From assembly GCA_048938025.1 (NCBI GenBank), contig JBHLMP010000020.1:1-57835 (forward strand): DNA of 57,835 bases. Direction: 5' to 3'. Position numbers and translations under genes: made by a program. Positions within the stretch are counted from its first letter, which is position 1; every line of letters starts with the position of its first letter. This DNA comes from Promethearchaeota archaeon (GTDB lineage: Archaea; Asgardarchaeota; Lokiarchaeia; Sigyniarchaeales; SOKP01). The notes under the pieces are model-generated. The model did not search any database. It was given only the letters and a program-made list of their open reading frames with translations, and was not told where the DNA came from. Positions 39,835 through 50,293 of this stretch are shown piece by piece.

Positions 39835-41775
39835 ATGAATGTTAAACCAGATTATCTTAATAAAAAAAAAAGTAATTTGAAAAAAAAAGAGGATAACATT
39901 CCACTCTGCTTTGGTCCTGTTGCTAACTTAGAAGAATTTGTTAGAAAAGATTGGTGGAAAAAAATTTTTAATGCTTATTATTTGAAGACAGATGGTGATG
40001 TAGTTGAAGATCAGAAGATTACCTCTTATGAAGTAGATATTTTTTCAGAAATATTAGATTTTAGACCTGAACATCACATCCTTGATCTTTGTTGTGGACA
40101 AGGCAGGCATTCCATTGAATTTGCAAAAAGAGGTTTTGAAAATATTGAAGGATTAGATCGATCACGATATTTAATTCAAAAAGCAAGAATCAATGCTAAA
40201 AAAGAGGGTGTAATATGTAAATTTCATGAAGGGGATGCTAGAAAACTGTCCTATCCTGCAGATAGCTTTGATAAAATTATAATTTTAGGGAATAGTTTTG
40301 GATATTTCGAGTCTATAAACGATGATTTTAATGTTTTAAGGGAAGTATATCGCATATTAAAACCCTGGGGTGGTGTATTAATCGATTTAACAGATGGAGA
40401 ATATCTAAAACACAATTTTCAACAACGTTCATGGGAATGGATTGATAAAAACCTCTTTGTATGTCGAGAAAGATCATTATCATTAGATAAGCAAAGATTA
40501 ATCTCTCGTGAAGTAATTACTGATGTAAATAAAGGGGTGCTTGTAGATCAATTTTACTCTGAAAGATTATATTCAAGAAATAAAATTTCAGAGATCTTAG
40601 AAAAAGCTGGTTTTAGTGATATAAAATTTCATGGCACAATTAAGCCTGAATCTCAAAGAGATCAGGATTTAGGTATGATGGAGAGAAGAATTATTGTTAG
40701 TGCAATTGTTAAAAAAGAATGGACACAAATTACAAGAAAAACAACTTTACAGGATAAAAATATCGTTGTTTTATTCGGGGATCCAAATAAACCTGATAAT
40801 CTTAAACCATCGACTATTTTTGATGACGATGATTTTTATACTATCGATCAATTAAAATCTGCTTTAAGAGATCTTGAAGGATACAATTTTGTTTATCTAA
40901 ACAATCACGATACTTTAATCAAAGATTTACAAAATTTAAAGGGAAAAACCGATTTTATTTTAAATTTATGTGATGAAGGATATTACAATGATCCAAGAAA
41001 AGAATTACATATCCCTGCTCTTCTAGAAATTCTTAAAATTCCATATTCTGGTTCAGGACCGCAATGTTTAGCATTTTGTTATGATAAATCATTAGTGAGA
41101 GGTATTGCAAAGCTATTAGAAATTCCTGTACCTGAAGCGATAATTATTAAACCTGAAGATAAAATTATTGACCTACCTTTATATTTTCCTGCCATTGTAA
41201 AGCCTAATTTTGGAGATTCAAGTTTTGGTATTACTCAAAGAAGTGTGGTGAATGATGGAGAGGAATTATTAAATGCAATAACAGAAATTAGAGAAAAATT
41301 TGGTTATGATAAACCTATAATTATTGAACAATTCCTCCCTGGGAAAGATCTAACAATAGGCGTTATTGGAAATCCTCCTAACGATTATATAATTCTACCG
41401 ATAATCCAAGAAGATTATTCAAGTTTACCGCCAGATCTACCAAAAATTTGTGGATATGAGGCTAAATGGCTACCAAATTCTCCTTATTGGAATATTAGGT
41501 CAATAGCTGCTGAACTTCCAGAAGTAACAGTACAGTTAATTGAATCATGTTCTTTAAAATTATTTGAAAGATTAGAATGCAATGATTATGCAAGATTTGA
41601 CTGGAGACTTGATGCTAATGGAAATCCAAAATTATTAGAAGTTAATCCGAATCCTGGCTGGTGTTGGGATGGACATTTAGCTAAAATGGCTAAATTTGCT
41701 GGTTATTCATATAAAGAAATGTTAACAAAAATAATTAATACTGCTGAAAGGAGATTAAAAGCATTTCAAGTTTAA
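39835..41775 (+). CDS. Class I SAM methyltransferase fused to a D-Ala-D-Ala ligase-like ATP-grasp domain
   Basis: ILDLCCGQGRH and GNSFGYF in N-terminal half; IPYSGS, FPAIVKP...SSFGI, IEQFLPG, YARFDWR and LEVNPNPG in C-terminal half. Confidence 0.9.
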   Translation: MNVKPDYLNKKKSNLKKKEDNIPLCFGPVANLEEFVRKDWWKKIFNAYYLKTDGDVVEDQKITSYEVDIFSEILDFRPEHHILDLCCGQGRHSIEFAKRGFENIEGLDRSRYLIQKARINAKKEGVICKFHEGDARKLSYPADSFDKIIILGNSFGYFESINDDFNVLREVYRILKPWGGVLIDLTDGEYLKHNFQQRSWEWIDKNLFVCRERSLSLDKQRLISREVITDVNKGVLVDQFYSERLYSRNKISEILEKAGFSDIKFHGTIKPESQRDQDLGMMERRIIVSAIVKKEWTQITRKTTLQDKNIVVLFGDPNKPDNLKPSTIFDDDDFYTIDQLKSALRDLEGYNFVYLNNHDTLIKDLQNLKGKTDFILNLCDEGYYNDPRKELHIPALLEILKIPYSGSGPQCLAFCYDKSLVRGIAKLLEIPVPEAIIIKPEDKIIDLPLYFPAIVKPNFGDSSFGITQRSVVNDGEELLNAITEIREKFGYDKPIIIEQFLPGKDLTIGVIGNPPNDYIILPIIQEDYSSLPPDLPKICGYEAKWLPNSPYWNIRSIAAELPEVTVQLIESCSLKLFERLECNDYARFDWRLDANGNPKLLEVNPNPGWCWDGHLAKMAKFAGYSYKEMLTKIINTAERRLKAFQV

Positions 41776-41784
41776 TTTTTTTTT

Positions 41785-42894
41785 TTACTTGAAAAAATCT
41801 AGAATTAAAAACACAAATTCCATTATAAATATAAAACATAATAAAATCTCAACATAAAGTAAAATTCTTTCATTTATGTTTGTTTGAGCAATATTATAAA
41901 TATCACCTAAAGTTTCAATTCGATGGCGGATACTATCACTCCATTGTTTTAATTGAAATAAATTTGCTAAACATGAATAAATTTGAGATAAATAATAATC
42001 ACCAATTAATTTTGAAACATTTTCAACATTTTCTAGTAAAAATGTTAAATCATGACGTAATCTAAGTAAGTTTCCTACCCTTTTTTTTAATCTTTTTAAT
42101 AATCCACGACCCTTAAAGTAAATTTTTTGTATATCACCTTCTGCTAGGTTTATTCTTTTGTCTAATAAATAATCTAATACACGCAATTCAAGTAATTGAA
42201 AATTAGCAATCTCAATAATTAGTAATATATCTTCATAATCATAATTTGGATCAATAATCAAGCACCTATCAAAATCAAAAATTATCAAATCGTTTTTTAG
42301 AAAAGAAAAAGAATGCTCTAATGTCTGATTTACTTGATTTTGATGTAAATTTAAAGAGGGATTCTCACCCATTAGTAGAGCAGTAAAATAAGCTTTATTT
42401 TTTTCAAGAAAATCATTAGGATTTTCAATTTGGTCGGTTAAACAAAAGATTGTGTATTTCTCATAATGTAGTGAACCGCAAATATAATTTTCTTCATAAA
42501 TATACTTTTTTATTTGCTCATAAACTTTGTTAGAATGAAATTTTAGAAATTTATTTATTTCAAATTCACCATCTTGAGTAAGAAATCGGGCTCTTTTTAC
42601 ATTATGTAACTCTTCTAAAGGAAGATTGGTGAAATATAATCTTCCTATGAGAGATATAACGCCATCTTCATAAATTTTAACAATAAATTTTATATCTCTA
42701 ACAAAATCTGTTTTTATTGAAATATTTTGTTCTAGTTCAATAACTAGAGGTTTAGGAAAATCTACATAAGAAGGTGTGTCTTTAGTTTTAACAATCCTCT
42801 TATCTGGAATTTGAGGAAAAATAGAAGCAAGTTGCCCCAAATTTATACTCCTTCCTATATCAAGTAATCTAAGAAATATAACTTCTCCATTCAA
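41785..42894 (-). CDS. RMD1/DUF155-like (CorA-related) protein with C-terminal TM helix
   Basis: IYEDGVIS, QLLELRVLD..LD, LIGDYYLSQIY...LFQL..W...I..RIETL, C-terminal VEILL hydrophobic helix. Confidence 0.6.
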   Translation of the reverse strand: MNGEVIFLRLLDIGRSINLGQLASIFPQIPDKRIVKTKDTPSYVDFPKPLVIELEQNISIKTDFVRDIKFIVKIYEDGVISLIGRLYFTNLPLEELHNVKRARFLTQDGEFEINKFLKFHSNKVYEQIKKYIYEENYICGSLHYEKYTIFCLTDQIENPNDFLEKNKAYFTALLMGENPSLNLHQNQVNQTLEHSFSFLKNDLIIFDFDRCLIIDPNYDYEDILLIIEIANFQLLELRVLDYLLDKRINLAEGDIQKIYFKGRGLLKRLKKRVGNLLRLRHDLTFLLENVENVSKLIGDYYLSQIYSCLANLFQLKQWSDSIRHRIETLGDIYNIAQTNINERILLYVEILLCFIFIMEFVFLILDFFK

Positions 42895-43048
42895 ATCTAA
42901 ATACCTAACTTTTATAGTTCGATAGAAATTATTAGTAAGATTATATATAATTTTTTAATTTTCTTATGTCATTAAGAAGGAAGTAAGCAATCTATAGGAT
43001 ATTTATTTATAGTAGTTCTATTTTTTGGATGAATTTTCATAATTTATT

Positions 43049-44281
43049 TTAATATTTATGATTTGTAGATTTTTCATCAAACATATACTTTGTTCCTTTC
43101 TTAAGGGGAGATATCTTTCTTAGTCTTTCTATTATTGAAGGCAATTTTTCTAAGAAATAATTAACCTCTTCCTCTGTTGTAAACCTTCCTAATGAAATCC
43201 TTAAAGAACCATGAGCTTCTTCCGGTTTTAAACCTATAGCTAACAACACATGCGATGGATCAAGTGATTTTGAGGAACACGCAGATCCTGTTGATGTTCC
43301 AATACCTTCCATATCTAAATCTAAAACAATAGATTCTCCCTCAATATATTTAAATCCCAAATTTATATTATTGGGGAGTCTTATTGAAGGATGTCCATTA
43401 AGATATGTATCTTCAATGTTCTCTAACACAAATTTAATAATTTTATCTCTTAATCTTACTTGCCTTTCAGCCTCTTTATCCATTTCTCCTTTTGCTATTT
43501 CCACTGCTTTAGCAAAACCAGCGATAAGTGGCACTGCTACTGTACTTGGTCGCATGTCTTTTTCATGCCCACCACCAAACATTAAAGGTTGAATATATTT
43601 ACCCCATCCTTCCTTTTTCCCTTTATTTCTTATATATAACAATCCTATACCTTTTGGACCATAAATCTTATGAGCAGAAGCAGATAAAAGGTCAATATTT
43701 AATTCATTCACATCTATGGGTAGTTTACCAAATGCTTGTACGGCATCAGTATGAAAAATGATGTTATATTTCTTAGCAATTTCTCCGATTTCCTTAATTG
43801 GTTCAATTGTGCCTATTTCATTATTTGCAAACATTATGGTTATAAGAATAGTCTTTTTAGTTATTGCTCTTTCCAGTTCATTAACATCTATTAAACCAAA
43901 ATTATCAACTGGTAAGAAAGTAACTTCAAAGCCTCTCTTCTGTAATTCTTTACATGGATTTTCAACAGCATGGTGCTCTATAGAAGAGGTTATGATGTGA
44001 TTCCCCTTTTCTTGATTCTTTAAAGTCACTCCCATTATTGCTATATTATCAGCTTCTGTACCTGATGAAGTAAAATAAATATCCTCTGATTTTGCTTTAA
44101 TCAAAGAAGCTATTGTTTCACGAGATCTCTCTAGCAATTGACCCGCTTTTTGACCTATTGAGTGCAAGCTAGAAGAATTTCCGTAGGTTTCTTTAAAATG
44201 TTTCCCCACTTCTTCAATTACTTGTGGATCCATTGGAGTTGTAGCGGCATTATCCAGATAAACATATTTAGAATCATTCAT
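43049..44281 (-). CDS. iscS: Cysteine desulfurase IscS/NifS-type (MisS)
   Basis: YLDNAATT, FHTDAVQA, SAHKIYGPKG (PLP Lys) and STGSACSS (catalytic Cys). Confidence 0.95.
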   Translation of the reverse strand: MNDSKYVYLDNAATTPMDPQVIEEVGKHFKETYGNSSSLHSIGQKAGQLLERSRETIASLIKAKSEDIYFTSSGTEADNIAIMGVTLKNQEKGNHIITSSIEHHAVENPCKELQKRGFEVTFLPVDNFGLIDVNELERAITKKTILITIMFANNEIGTIEPIKEIGEIAKKYNIIFHTDAVQAFGKLPIDVNELNIDLLSASAHKIYGPKGIGLLYIRNKGKKEGWGKYIQPLMFGGGHEKDMRPSTVAVPLIAGFAKAVEIAKGEMDKEAERQVRLRDKIIKFVLENIEDTYLNGHPSIRLPNNINLGFKYIEGESIVLDLDMEGIGTSTGSACSSKSLDPSHVLLAIGLKPEEAHGSLRISLGRFTTEEEVNYFLEKLPSIIERLRKISPLKKGTKYMFDEKSTNHKY

Positions 44282-44417
44282 ATTAGAACAAATGTTAAAT
44301 TTTAGTACTCTAAATAAATATTTATCATACTTAATTTTAATACTTTTAATTGGAATTTATAAACTAAGTTTAATTTTTGATAACTTAAGATTTATCTATA
44401 CTTTTATAATCGAAAAA

Positions 44418-44975
44418 ATGCCCTTTAAATTAATGTGGGGAATCACTGGAACTGGATTTGTGCTTCAAGAATCAATAGATTTAATGAAAGAACTCCAAGA
44501 GAATTATAATGTGGATTTAACAGTAATTTTGACAAAAGAAGGGGCAGCAGTAGTAAAATGGTATAAAAAATGGCTTCCATTGACAGAGACCGTTAAAAAA
44601 GTTAAAGTAGAAAAAACACCAAATATTCCCTTTTATGCTGGCCCTCTACAACTTGGACAATATGATATGTTCTTAGTATGTCCAGTTTCTGCTAATAGTG
44701 TAGCCAAGATTGCCAATGGAATCGCTGATTCATTAATTACTAATTGTGTAGCTCAAGCGATAAAAGGGGGTGTTACAGTATACCTCTTTCCCTCAGATCA
44801 AGATTTAGAACCAATTGTCACATCAAGACCAGATGGAAGTCCTTTAATTCTAAAAATTAGAGACATCGAAATCGAAAATATTAAAAAATTAAAAAAGATG
44901 GAAGGTATCCAGGTTATTTCAGATTTTTCTCAGATTAAAGCTCTTACTTTAGAAAAAATTAAAGAAAAAAGTTAG
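44418..44975 (+). CDS. Archaeoflavoprotein AfpA / dihydromethanopterin reductase-like flavoprotein
   Basis: LMWGITGTG, PVSANSVAKIANGIADSLITN and PSD motifs; start set to ATG 44418 instead of track 44292. Confidence 0.8.
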   Translation: MPFKLMWGITGTGFVLQESIDLMKELQENYNVDLTVILTKEGAAVVKWYKKWLPLTETVKKVKVEKTPNIPFYAGPLQLGQYDMFLVCPVSANSVAKIANGIADSLITNCVAQAIKGGVTVYLFPSDQDLEPIVTSRPDGSPLILKIRDIEIENIKKLKKMEGIQVISDFSQIKALTLEKIKEKS

Positions 44976-44988
44976 TATAATACATTTT

Positions 44989-45429
44989 TTAAGCTTCATA
45001 TTTAACAGGTTGGATTGCCCCCTCTGGGCATAATAGTTCACACTTCAAGCAACCTTGGCATTTTGCAATCTCCTTAAATTTATATCTTATTCCTTCTTTT
45101 TCTCGTCCCTCTTTTTTCACAATATCTTTAAAAAATAAATTTTTTGGGCAAAATTTTCCATCCAAATCAAGACACTCTTCACACATCGAGCATTTTTCAT
45201 GGTCTACTTTAATGCTTACTATTTGTTGAGGATGAGTAATTGATGTAACTTCAATAGCGTTCCTTGGACAAACTTGAACGCAATTCAAACAGGCTTTGCA
45301 CTTAACATAATCTACTTTTCTTATTCCATGTTCGAAATATATTGCTTTAGCCTTACAAGCTCTTAAACAACGTTCACACCTTAAACATAATTCTTGATCA
45401 ATTTGAACTGGAATAAACTTTTCTTTAAT
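44989..45429 (-). CDS. Polyferredoxin with four 4Fe-4S motifs; start probably ATT at 45429 (146 aa)
   Basis: Frame open upstream of the track start, adding CLRCERCLRAC and completing CKACLNCVQVCP; GAGGT 8 nt before ATT; in-frame TAA three codons upstream of the ATT. Confidence 0.85.
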   Translation of the reverse strand: MKEKFIPVQIDQELCLRCERCLRACKAKAIYFEHGIRKVDYVKCKACLNCVQVCPRNAIEVTSITHPQQIVSIKVDHEKCSMCEECLDLDGKFCPKNLFFKDIVKKEGREKEGIRYKFKEIAKCQGCLKCELLCPEGAIQPVKYEA

Positions 45430-45590
45430 ATAAGATTACCTCAATATTCTACGTAGAAATTAATATATTACTTATGTAATTTGTCTAAGTTGAGGTGAAT
45501 TTTAAAATTACTTTTTATAAATTATCAATAAGATTAACCCTAATAAAATTAATAAAAAAATAAAGGAGAAATCAAAAATAAAATATTTAA

Positions 45591-46403
45591 TTATTGAAAA
45601 TATTGAGTGTATCCCTCTTTTGGAGACGAAGGTAGTTGTTGTTGTCTTTGATATTCTTGTGCCTTCTGTGCCAATTCTAACATTTTGGCTTTAATCTCTT
45701 TCCCTTGTTCCATTAATTGGGCAGTATCAATCTTTAATTTATAAATTTTATTCAAAACTGTAATAATACTAGCTGCTCCTTCAGGTGTGGGAATTTCCAA
45801 TACTGGAGTAAATAAAGCATAAGCATCTAATTTATTAGATAATGCCTCATTCAGAACTGTTGCTTCAGGTCCAACGATAATCCCTTTCTCAACAGGTTCG
45901 ATTTCAAGGTTTAAATCCTTTAACTTTTTAATCATATTCTCTTCTGCCGCGAAATAAACTGGATACTCATCAATTACACCTAGCTGTTGAGGTATACCTT
46001 GGAAAATTAATATTTCTTTAGCTTTTACATCTTCACTAAGAGCCCAGTTGCATATGGTTTTAGAAAGGTCGTTGTAAGCAGTGGAAACCTGAAACGGAAC
46101 TTCTGATATTCCAACAATTATGTTTTTTGAGGGTGTATAATATAATCTAAATGGATGTTTAAGTACTCCCTTATAAAAGACGCTAATAGGTGGTAAATAT
46201 TCAGAAGTTAAAAATCCAATTTCGCGAATATCTGGAAGCTGATCTATTAGAGTGTTAGCAATAATTGGTCCTATTAAACCAATTCCGGCAAAACCTAATA
46301 TGAATGTAGAACCCGGTTTAATTTCAAATGAAAGATCTTCTATAACGATTGAACTTTTTTTACCTTTGTTGCACACATACTCTTTTTTAACCATTAATAA
46401 CAC
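45591..46403 (-). CDS. Proteasome assembly chaperone PAC2/PbaA-B family protein
   Basis: GFAGIGLIGPIIANTLIDQL, HPFRLY, PTPEGAA and IDTAQL..QG.EI motifs; C-terminus YFQ; start probably ATG 46394. Confidence 0.85.
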   Translation of the reverse strand: MLLMVKKEYVCNKGKKSSIVIEDLSFEIKPGSTFILGFAGIGLIGPIIANTLIDQLPDIREIGFLTSEYLPPISVFYKGVLKHPFRLYYTPSKNIIVGISEVPFQVSTAYNDLSKTICNWALSEDVKAKEILIFQGIPQQLGVIDEYPVYFAAEENMIKKLKDLNLEIEPVEKGIIVGPEATVLNEALSNKLDAYALFTPVLEIPTPEGAASIITVLNKIYKLKIDTAQLMEQGKEIKAKMLELAQKAQEYQRQQQLPSSPKEGYTQYFQ

Positions 46404-46621
46404 TTCATAATATATTGTTTTAATTTTTTAATTTGATTCTATATAATTTTATGAACATTTCAATATTAAAATTAGTCTATTATTATTTGTCAATGCAAAT
46501 ATTTTCTTCTATTTGATAATGAATGATTTCAACATGGAATCTAATTTTTTATAACTAAAGTATTAAAAATTAGGTGTATTATACTAATTAGTAATTGAAC
46601 AACCAATTTGAGTAGTTTGAA

Positions 46622-47419
46622 ATGCTTTTAGAAGTAAAGAATCTAACAATACCAACATTAGACCAAAAATGTGTAATTCTTAATAAAGTATCATTTGAGG
46701 TCAAAGAAGGGTCAATTCACGCGATAATCGGTCCAAATGGGTCTGGTAAATCAACGTTAGCATACACTATTATGGGTCTTGATAATTATAAACCTTCTGA
46801 AGGTAAAATATATTATGATGGCATAGACATAACTAATATGAATATAACTGAACGAGCAAATTTAGGTATAACTTTAGCATGGCAAGAACCTGCAAGAATT
46901 GATGGATTATCCATTCCTAAATATATATCACTTGGTATCAAAGACAAGGCAAATATGAAAGAAGAAATAATTGGAGCTTTAAAAATTGTAAATTTAGAAC
47001 CGGAGAGATTTATGAATCGTATTATTGATGAATTCTTAAGCGGAGGAGAGCGAAAAAGAGTTGAATTAGCTGCTGCTGTTGCTATGAAACCAAGGTTAAT
47101 TATTCTTGATGAACCTGATAGCGGTTTAGATATGATTGTTATTGAGGATTTCATGAATATATTTAATAAAATAAAAGAGTTAGATATGACAATCCTTTTA
47201 ATAACACATAGAGAGGATATTGGAATGGTTGCGGATTATGGAACTTTATTATGGAGAGGAGATGCTTTAATAACAGATGAATTTCCAAAGGTTATGCTAA
47301 GGTATTGTGCTAAAGCGGGTTTAAAAGAGTTTTGTAAACGTACCTTGTTTAAAAATGGAGGCTTTTGTGTTGATGAGGATTATATTGACAGAATCTTTAG
47401 AGAGGAAGGACAATCATGA
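46622..47419 (+). CDS. sufC: Fe-S assembly ATPase SufC/SmsC
   Basis: GPNGSGKST, LAWQEP, LSGGERKRVELA and LDEPDSGLD motifs; C-terminal Cys residues; overlaps sufB (ATGA). Confidence 0.9.
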   Translation: MLLEVKNLTIPTLDQKCVILNKVSFEVKEGSIHAIIGPNGSGKSTLAYTIMGLDNYKPSEGKIYYDGIDITNMNITERANLGITLAWQEPARIDGLSIPKYISLGIKDKANMKEEIIGALKIVNLEPERFMNRIIDEFLSGGERKRVELAAAVAMKPRLIILDEPDSGLDMIVIEDFMNIFNKIKELDMTILLITHREDIGMVADYGTLLWRGDALITDEFPKVMLRYCAKAGLKEFCKRTLFKNGGFCVDEDYIDRIFREEGQS

Positions 47420-48381
47420 GTAATGTTGAGTATCCGAGAGAGATTTTAGAAAGTCTGGAGGATTATAATATTGATATTAGAGATTTTTTGCCAGGACATG
47501 GAAAAGGTGCTAAACTTCTCTTAGATTTTAATAAAATTAGAGGAATGGAGGATGTAGATGGTGTAATTCTGAAAGGTAGAGAGATTGAAAATGGAATTAT
47601 AGCTGATGTTATAATAAAAGAAGGGACTAAGATAGAAGAACCCATTCATTTATGCTTCGGAGTAAATAAAGAAACAGGAATTCAAGAAATATTTCCAAGA
47701 ATCATTGCTGAAGATAATACAGACGCTACTGTACAAGCCCATTGTAGTTTTCCTAAAGCAAATGGTCTAATACATAAAATGTTTGGACATTTTTACATTG
47801 GAAAAAATTGTAACTTCACATATAGCGAAACTCATTATCATGGTGAGAATTCTGGTGCATTAGTTGCGCCAGTAGCTTATGTGTATGTTGGTGAAAATAG
47901 TGTATTTGAAAATACTTTTTATCTTACACGAGGAACTCCTGGTAAAGTAAAAATCATGATTGATATATATGCTATGAAAAATAGTGTTATTAAATCTAAC
48001 ATAAAAGCTTTTGGAAAATGCAAAAATGATTCTGTCAGAATAAGAGATTCTGTATTTCTTGAAGGCAAAAACGCAAGAAGTGTTATTAAAATGAAAGCAG
48101 TCGCTAAAGATGGCGGTGAAGTGTTAATGTTTGGCATTACTGAAGGAAATGCACCACGATGTAATGGTCATGTTGAATGTAGTGAAATTGTATTAGGGAA
48201 AGGATCTATTTGTAGAGCACGTCCATTTATTAGAGCTATAGATCCTACATCCAGTGTTTCACATGAGGCATCTTTGGGGAGGTTTCCACAGAAATGGCTC
48301 GATGAGCTTCAAGCAAAAGGCTTAACCGAGGAAGAAGCTACTCAAATTCTTATTGAAGCAATGCTTCAAGAGGAGAGATGA
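47416..48381 (+). CDS. sufB: Fe-S assembly scaffold SufB/SmsB
   Basis: PIHLCFG, AHCSFP, GHVECSEI and VSHEASLG...L.AKGLTEEEA motifs; coupled to sufC. Confidence 0.9.
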   Translation: MSNVEYPREILESLEDYNIDIRDFLPGHGKGAKLLLDFNKIRGMEDVDGVILKGREIENGIIADVIIKEGTKIEEPIHLCFGVNKETGIQEIFPRIIAEDNTDATVQAHCSFPKANGLIHKMFGHFYIGKNCNFTYSETHYHGENSGALVAPVAYVYVGENSVFENTFYLTRGTPGKVKIMIDIYAMKNSVIKSNIKAFGKCKNDSVRIRDSVFLEGKNARSVIKMKAVAKDGGEVLMFGITEGNAPRCNGHVECSEIVLGKGSICRARPFIRAIDPTSSVSHEASLGRFPQKWLDELQAKGLTEEEATQILIEAMLQEER

Positions 48382-48451
48382 AAAATCTTAAGTTAATATG
48401 ATAATAATATAAAAAATCAAGTATATGATTAATAAAAAGGTGAATAAATAA

Positions 48452-48970
48452 ATGGGAGAAAATAAAATAAATGTAGGAGATAAAGCACCCTTATTTAAAT
48501 TGGAATCTTTTAATGCTGGATCAATTGATCTAGCAGAATTATTAGGAGATCAAAAGGTGGTATTAATTTTTTCACGATATTTTGGTTGTCCTCTTTGCCA
48601 ATTAGATTTAAAAGAATTAATGGAACGTCATTCTGAGATTGAAAAAAAAGGAGCTAAGATATTATATATAACTCAATCTGGTGAAAAAGTGGCAAATGAG
48701 TTCATAAAAAAGGAAAATATTAAATTTCCCATAATTCCAAGCTCAAAAGATGATCTATATGCTGAATATGGTTTAGGTGTAATGGAAGCTGAAGCAATAA
48801 AGCAAGTTAAGGTAAGATTTAAAGAGTCTATAAAAGCAGGAATTAAACACGGTGAATATGAAGGATGGGAAAAACAAGGACCTGGCCAATTCATAATAAA
48901 TCAAGAAGGTAAGATAATTCATGTAAAAAAAGGATGGCTTGATATCAACAGTATACTCGCAGATTTATAG
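48452..48970 (+). CDS. Peroxiredoxin-like (AhpC/TSA, PRXL2-type) protein
   Basis: VGDKAPLF, FSRYFGCPLC and QGPGQFII motifs; AGGTGA RBS. Confidence 0.85.
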   Translation: MGENKINVGDKAPLFKLESFNAGSIDLAELLGDQKVVLIFSRYFGCPLCQLDLKELMERHSEIEKKGAKILYITQSGEKVANEFIKKENIKFPIIPSSKDDLYAEYGLGVMEAEAIKQVKVRFKESIKAGIKHGEYEGWEKQGPGQFIINQEGKIIHVKKGWLDINSILADL

Positions 48971-49006
48971 TCTTGAATGATTAAAAAATAAATTTAAACA
49001 TCAAAA

Positions 49007-49663
49007 TTGAGAGAAAATATGAAGGAAAACACCAAATATCATAATTATCGTTTCATAGGAAAAATAAATGTGGATGAAATTCAACCTTGGTTTGATTTTA
49101 CTACAACAAAACCATGGGATGATCCAGAAGTTCCTTGGATTTTGGATAATAAAGTTAGACGTGAAATATTAATCAAATTAGCAGAAGGTTCAAAAGATTT
49201 CCAAGAACTCTATGATATTATTAATTTTTCTCCTAAACCTTTATTAATTTCAAAAGAGGAATATGATTGTAAAGTATCTTACCAATGGACGAAAGAAACA
49301 ATAGAAAATCATTTAATGACCCTAGAGTGGTATAAATTAATCAATTTAAAAGGAAATCAATTTGAATTGGCAATACCAATTTTTTCAATGGAAAAATCAG
49401 CTAAAATAGAAAAATATATTATACAATTTGCAGAACATTGGATAAACATTATAAAGCTCTTAAAAAATGAGATTAAAAGCAATTTAGGAGAGATAGAAAA
49501 TAAAGCACCATTATATGAAATATTAATTGAGAACGCTGTAGAAAAATTATATGATCTTCTTAAGAAGGAAAATTTACTTCCTGATGAGCCAAATGTTAAA
49601 GCTTTATGGGCAGAACAACTTAGAAAAGTTAAATTTGAGGAATGGATTGAAAAGAATTTTTAA
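49007..49663 (+). CDS. Hypothetical protein, possible ArsR-like winged helix
   Basis: LDNKVRREILIKLAEG...TIENHLMTLEWYKLI pattern; start may be ATG 49019. Confidence 0.6.
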   Translation: MRENMKENTKYHNYRFIGKINVDEIQPWFDFTTTKPWDDPEVPWILDNKVRREILIKLAEGSKDFQELYDIINFSPKPLLISKEEYDCKVSYQWTKETIENHLMTLEWYKLINLKGNQFELAIPIFSMEKSAKIEKYIIQFAEHWINIIKLLKNEIKSNLGEIENKAPLYEILIENAVEKLYDLLKKENLLPDEPNVKALWAEQLRKVKFEEWIEKNF

Positions 49664-49984
49664 ATAATTTTATTAGATTATAGATTAAAAAAAAAAATAT
49701 ATCCATTTTAATATCTTAATGAACATTAGAGATTTAATATGAACATGAATATGAGACGGTTATAATATTTTCTTTTTCTTAGCAATTTTATATACCGGAT
49801 TTATCATTTCATTGTTTATTTTATCATTATAGACCTCTCAAAATTAATTGATAATACCTATGTATTACTTAGTTTCAAAAGAAAAAATTATATGATTATC
49901 TTATATATGTGGATATTTTGCTCCTATCACCGAGATATTCATAAAACAATAAAAGCCCAAAAATATATAATAAGAATCTAAAAA

Positions 49985-50293
49985 ATGATGAGTTCAAATA
50001 TAGGTGAATCGGAACCCGTCCTCAAGATTAACGATTTGTTCTATGAAGTTGAAATCGACAATAATGAAAATGAAACTATTAAACAAAATTCCGATACTCC
50101 TATAGATGAAAATTTAGTGATTCTTGAAGAAATTGGTGAAATTTTAAAAAATTGTACCATGCTCACTGAAAAGCAAAAATTAGATTATTGTGAAAGCCAG
50201 CGATTTTTCATGAAATTGTACTTAAAGGAAGTTAATAGGGAATTCAACAAGAAAAATAGTATAAATATAAGGATTAAAAATTCATCTCAATAA
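49985..50293 (+). CDS. Hypothetical protein
   Basis: 102-aa ATG ORF in an otherwise empty interval. Confidence 0.55.
   Translation: MMSSNIGESEPVLKINDLFYEVEIDNNENETIKQNSDTPIDENLVILEEIGEILKNCTMLTEKQKLDYCESQRFFMKLYLKEVNREFNKKNSINIRIKNSSQ

Noticed and set aside
44292-44417. Hydrophobic N-terminal extension of the flavoprotein in the ORF track
   Set aside because: It is AT-rich divergent promoter sequence starting 10 nt from the iscS start; family similarity begins at MPFKLMWGITG (44418).
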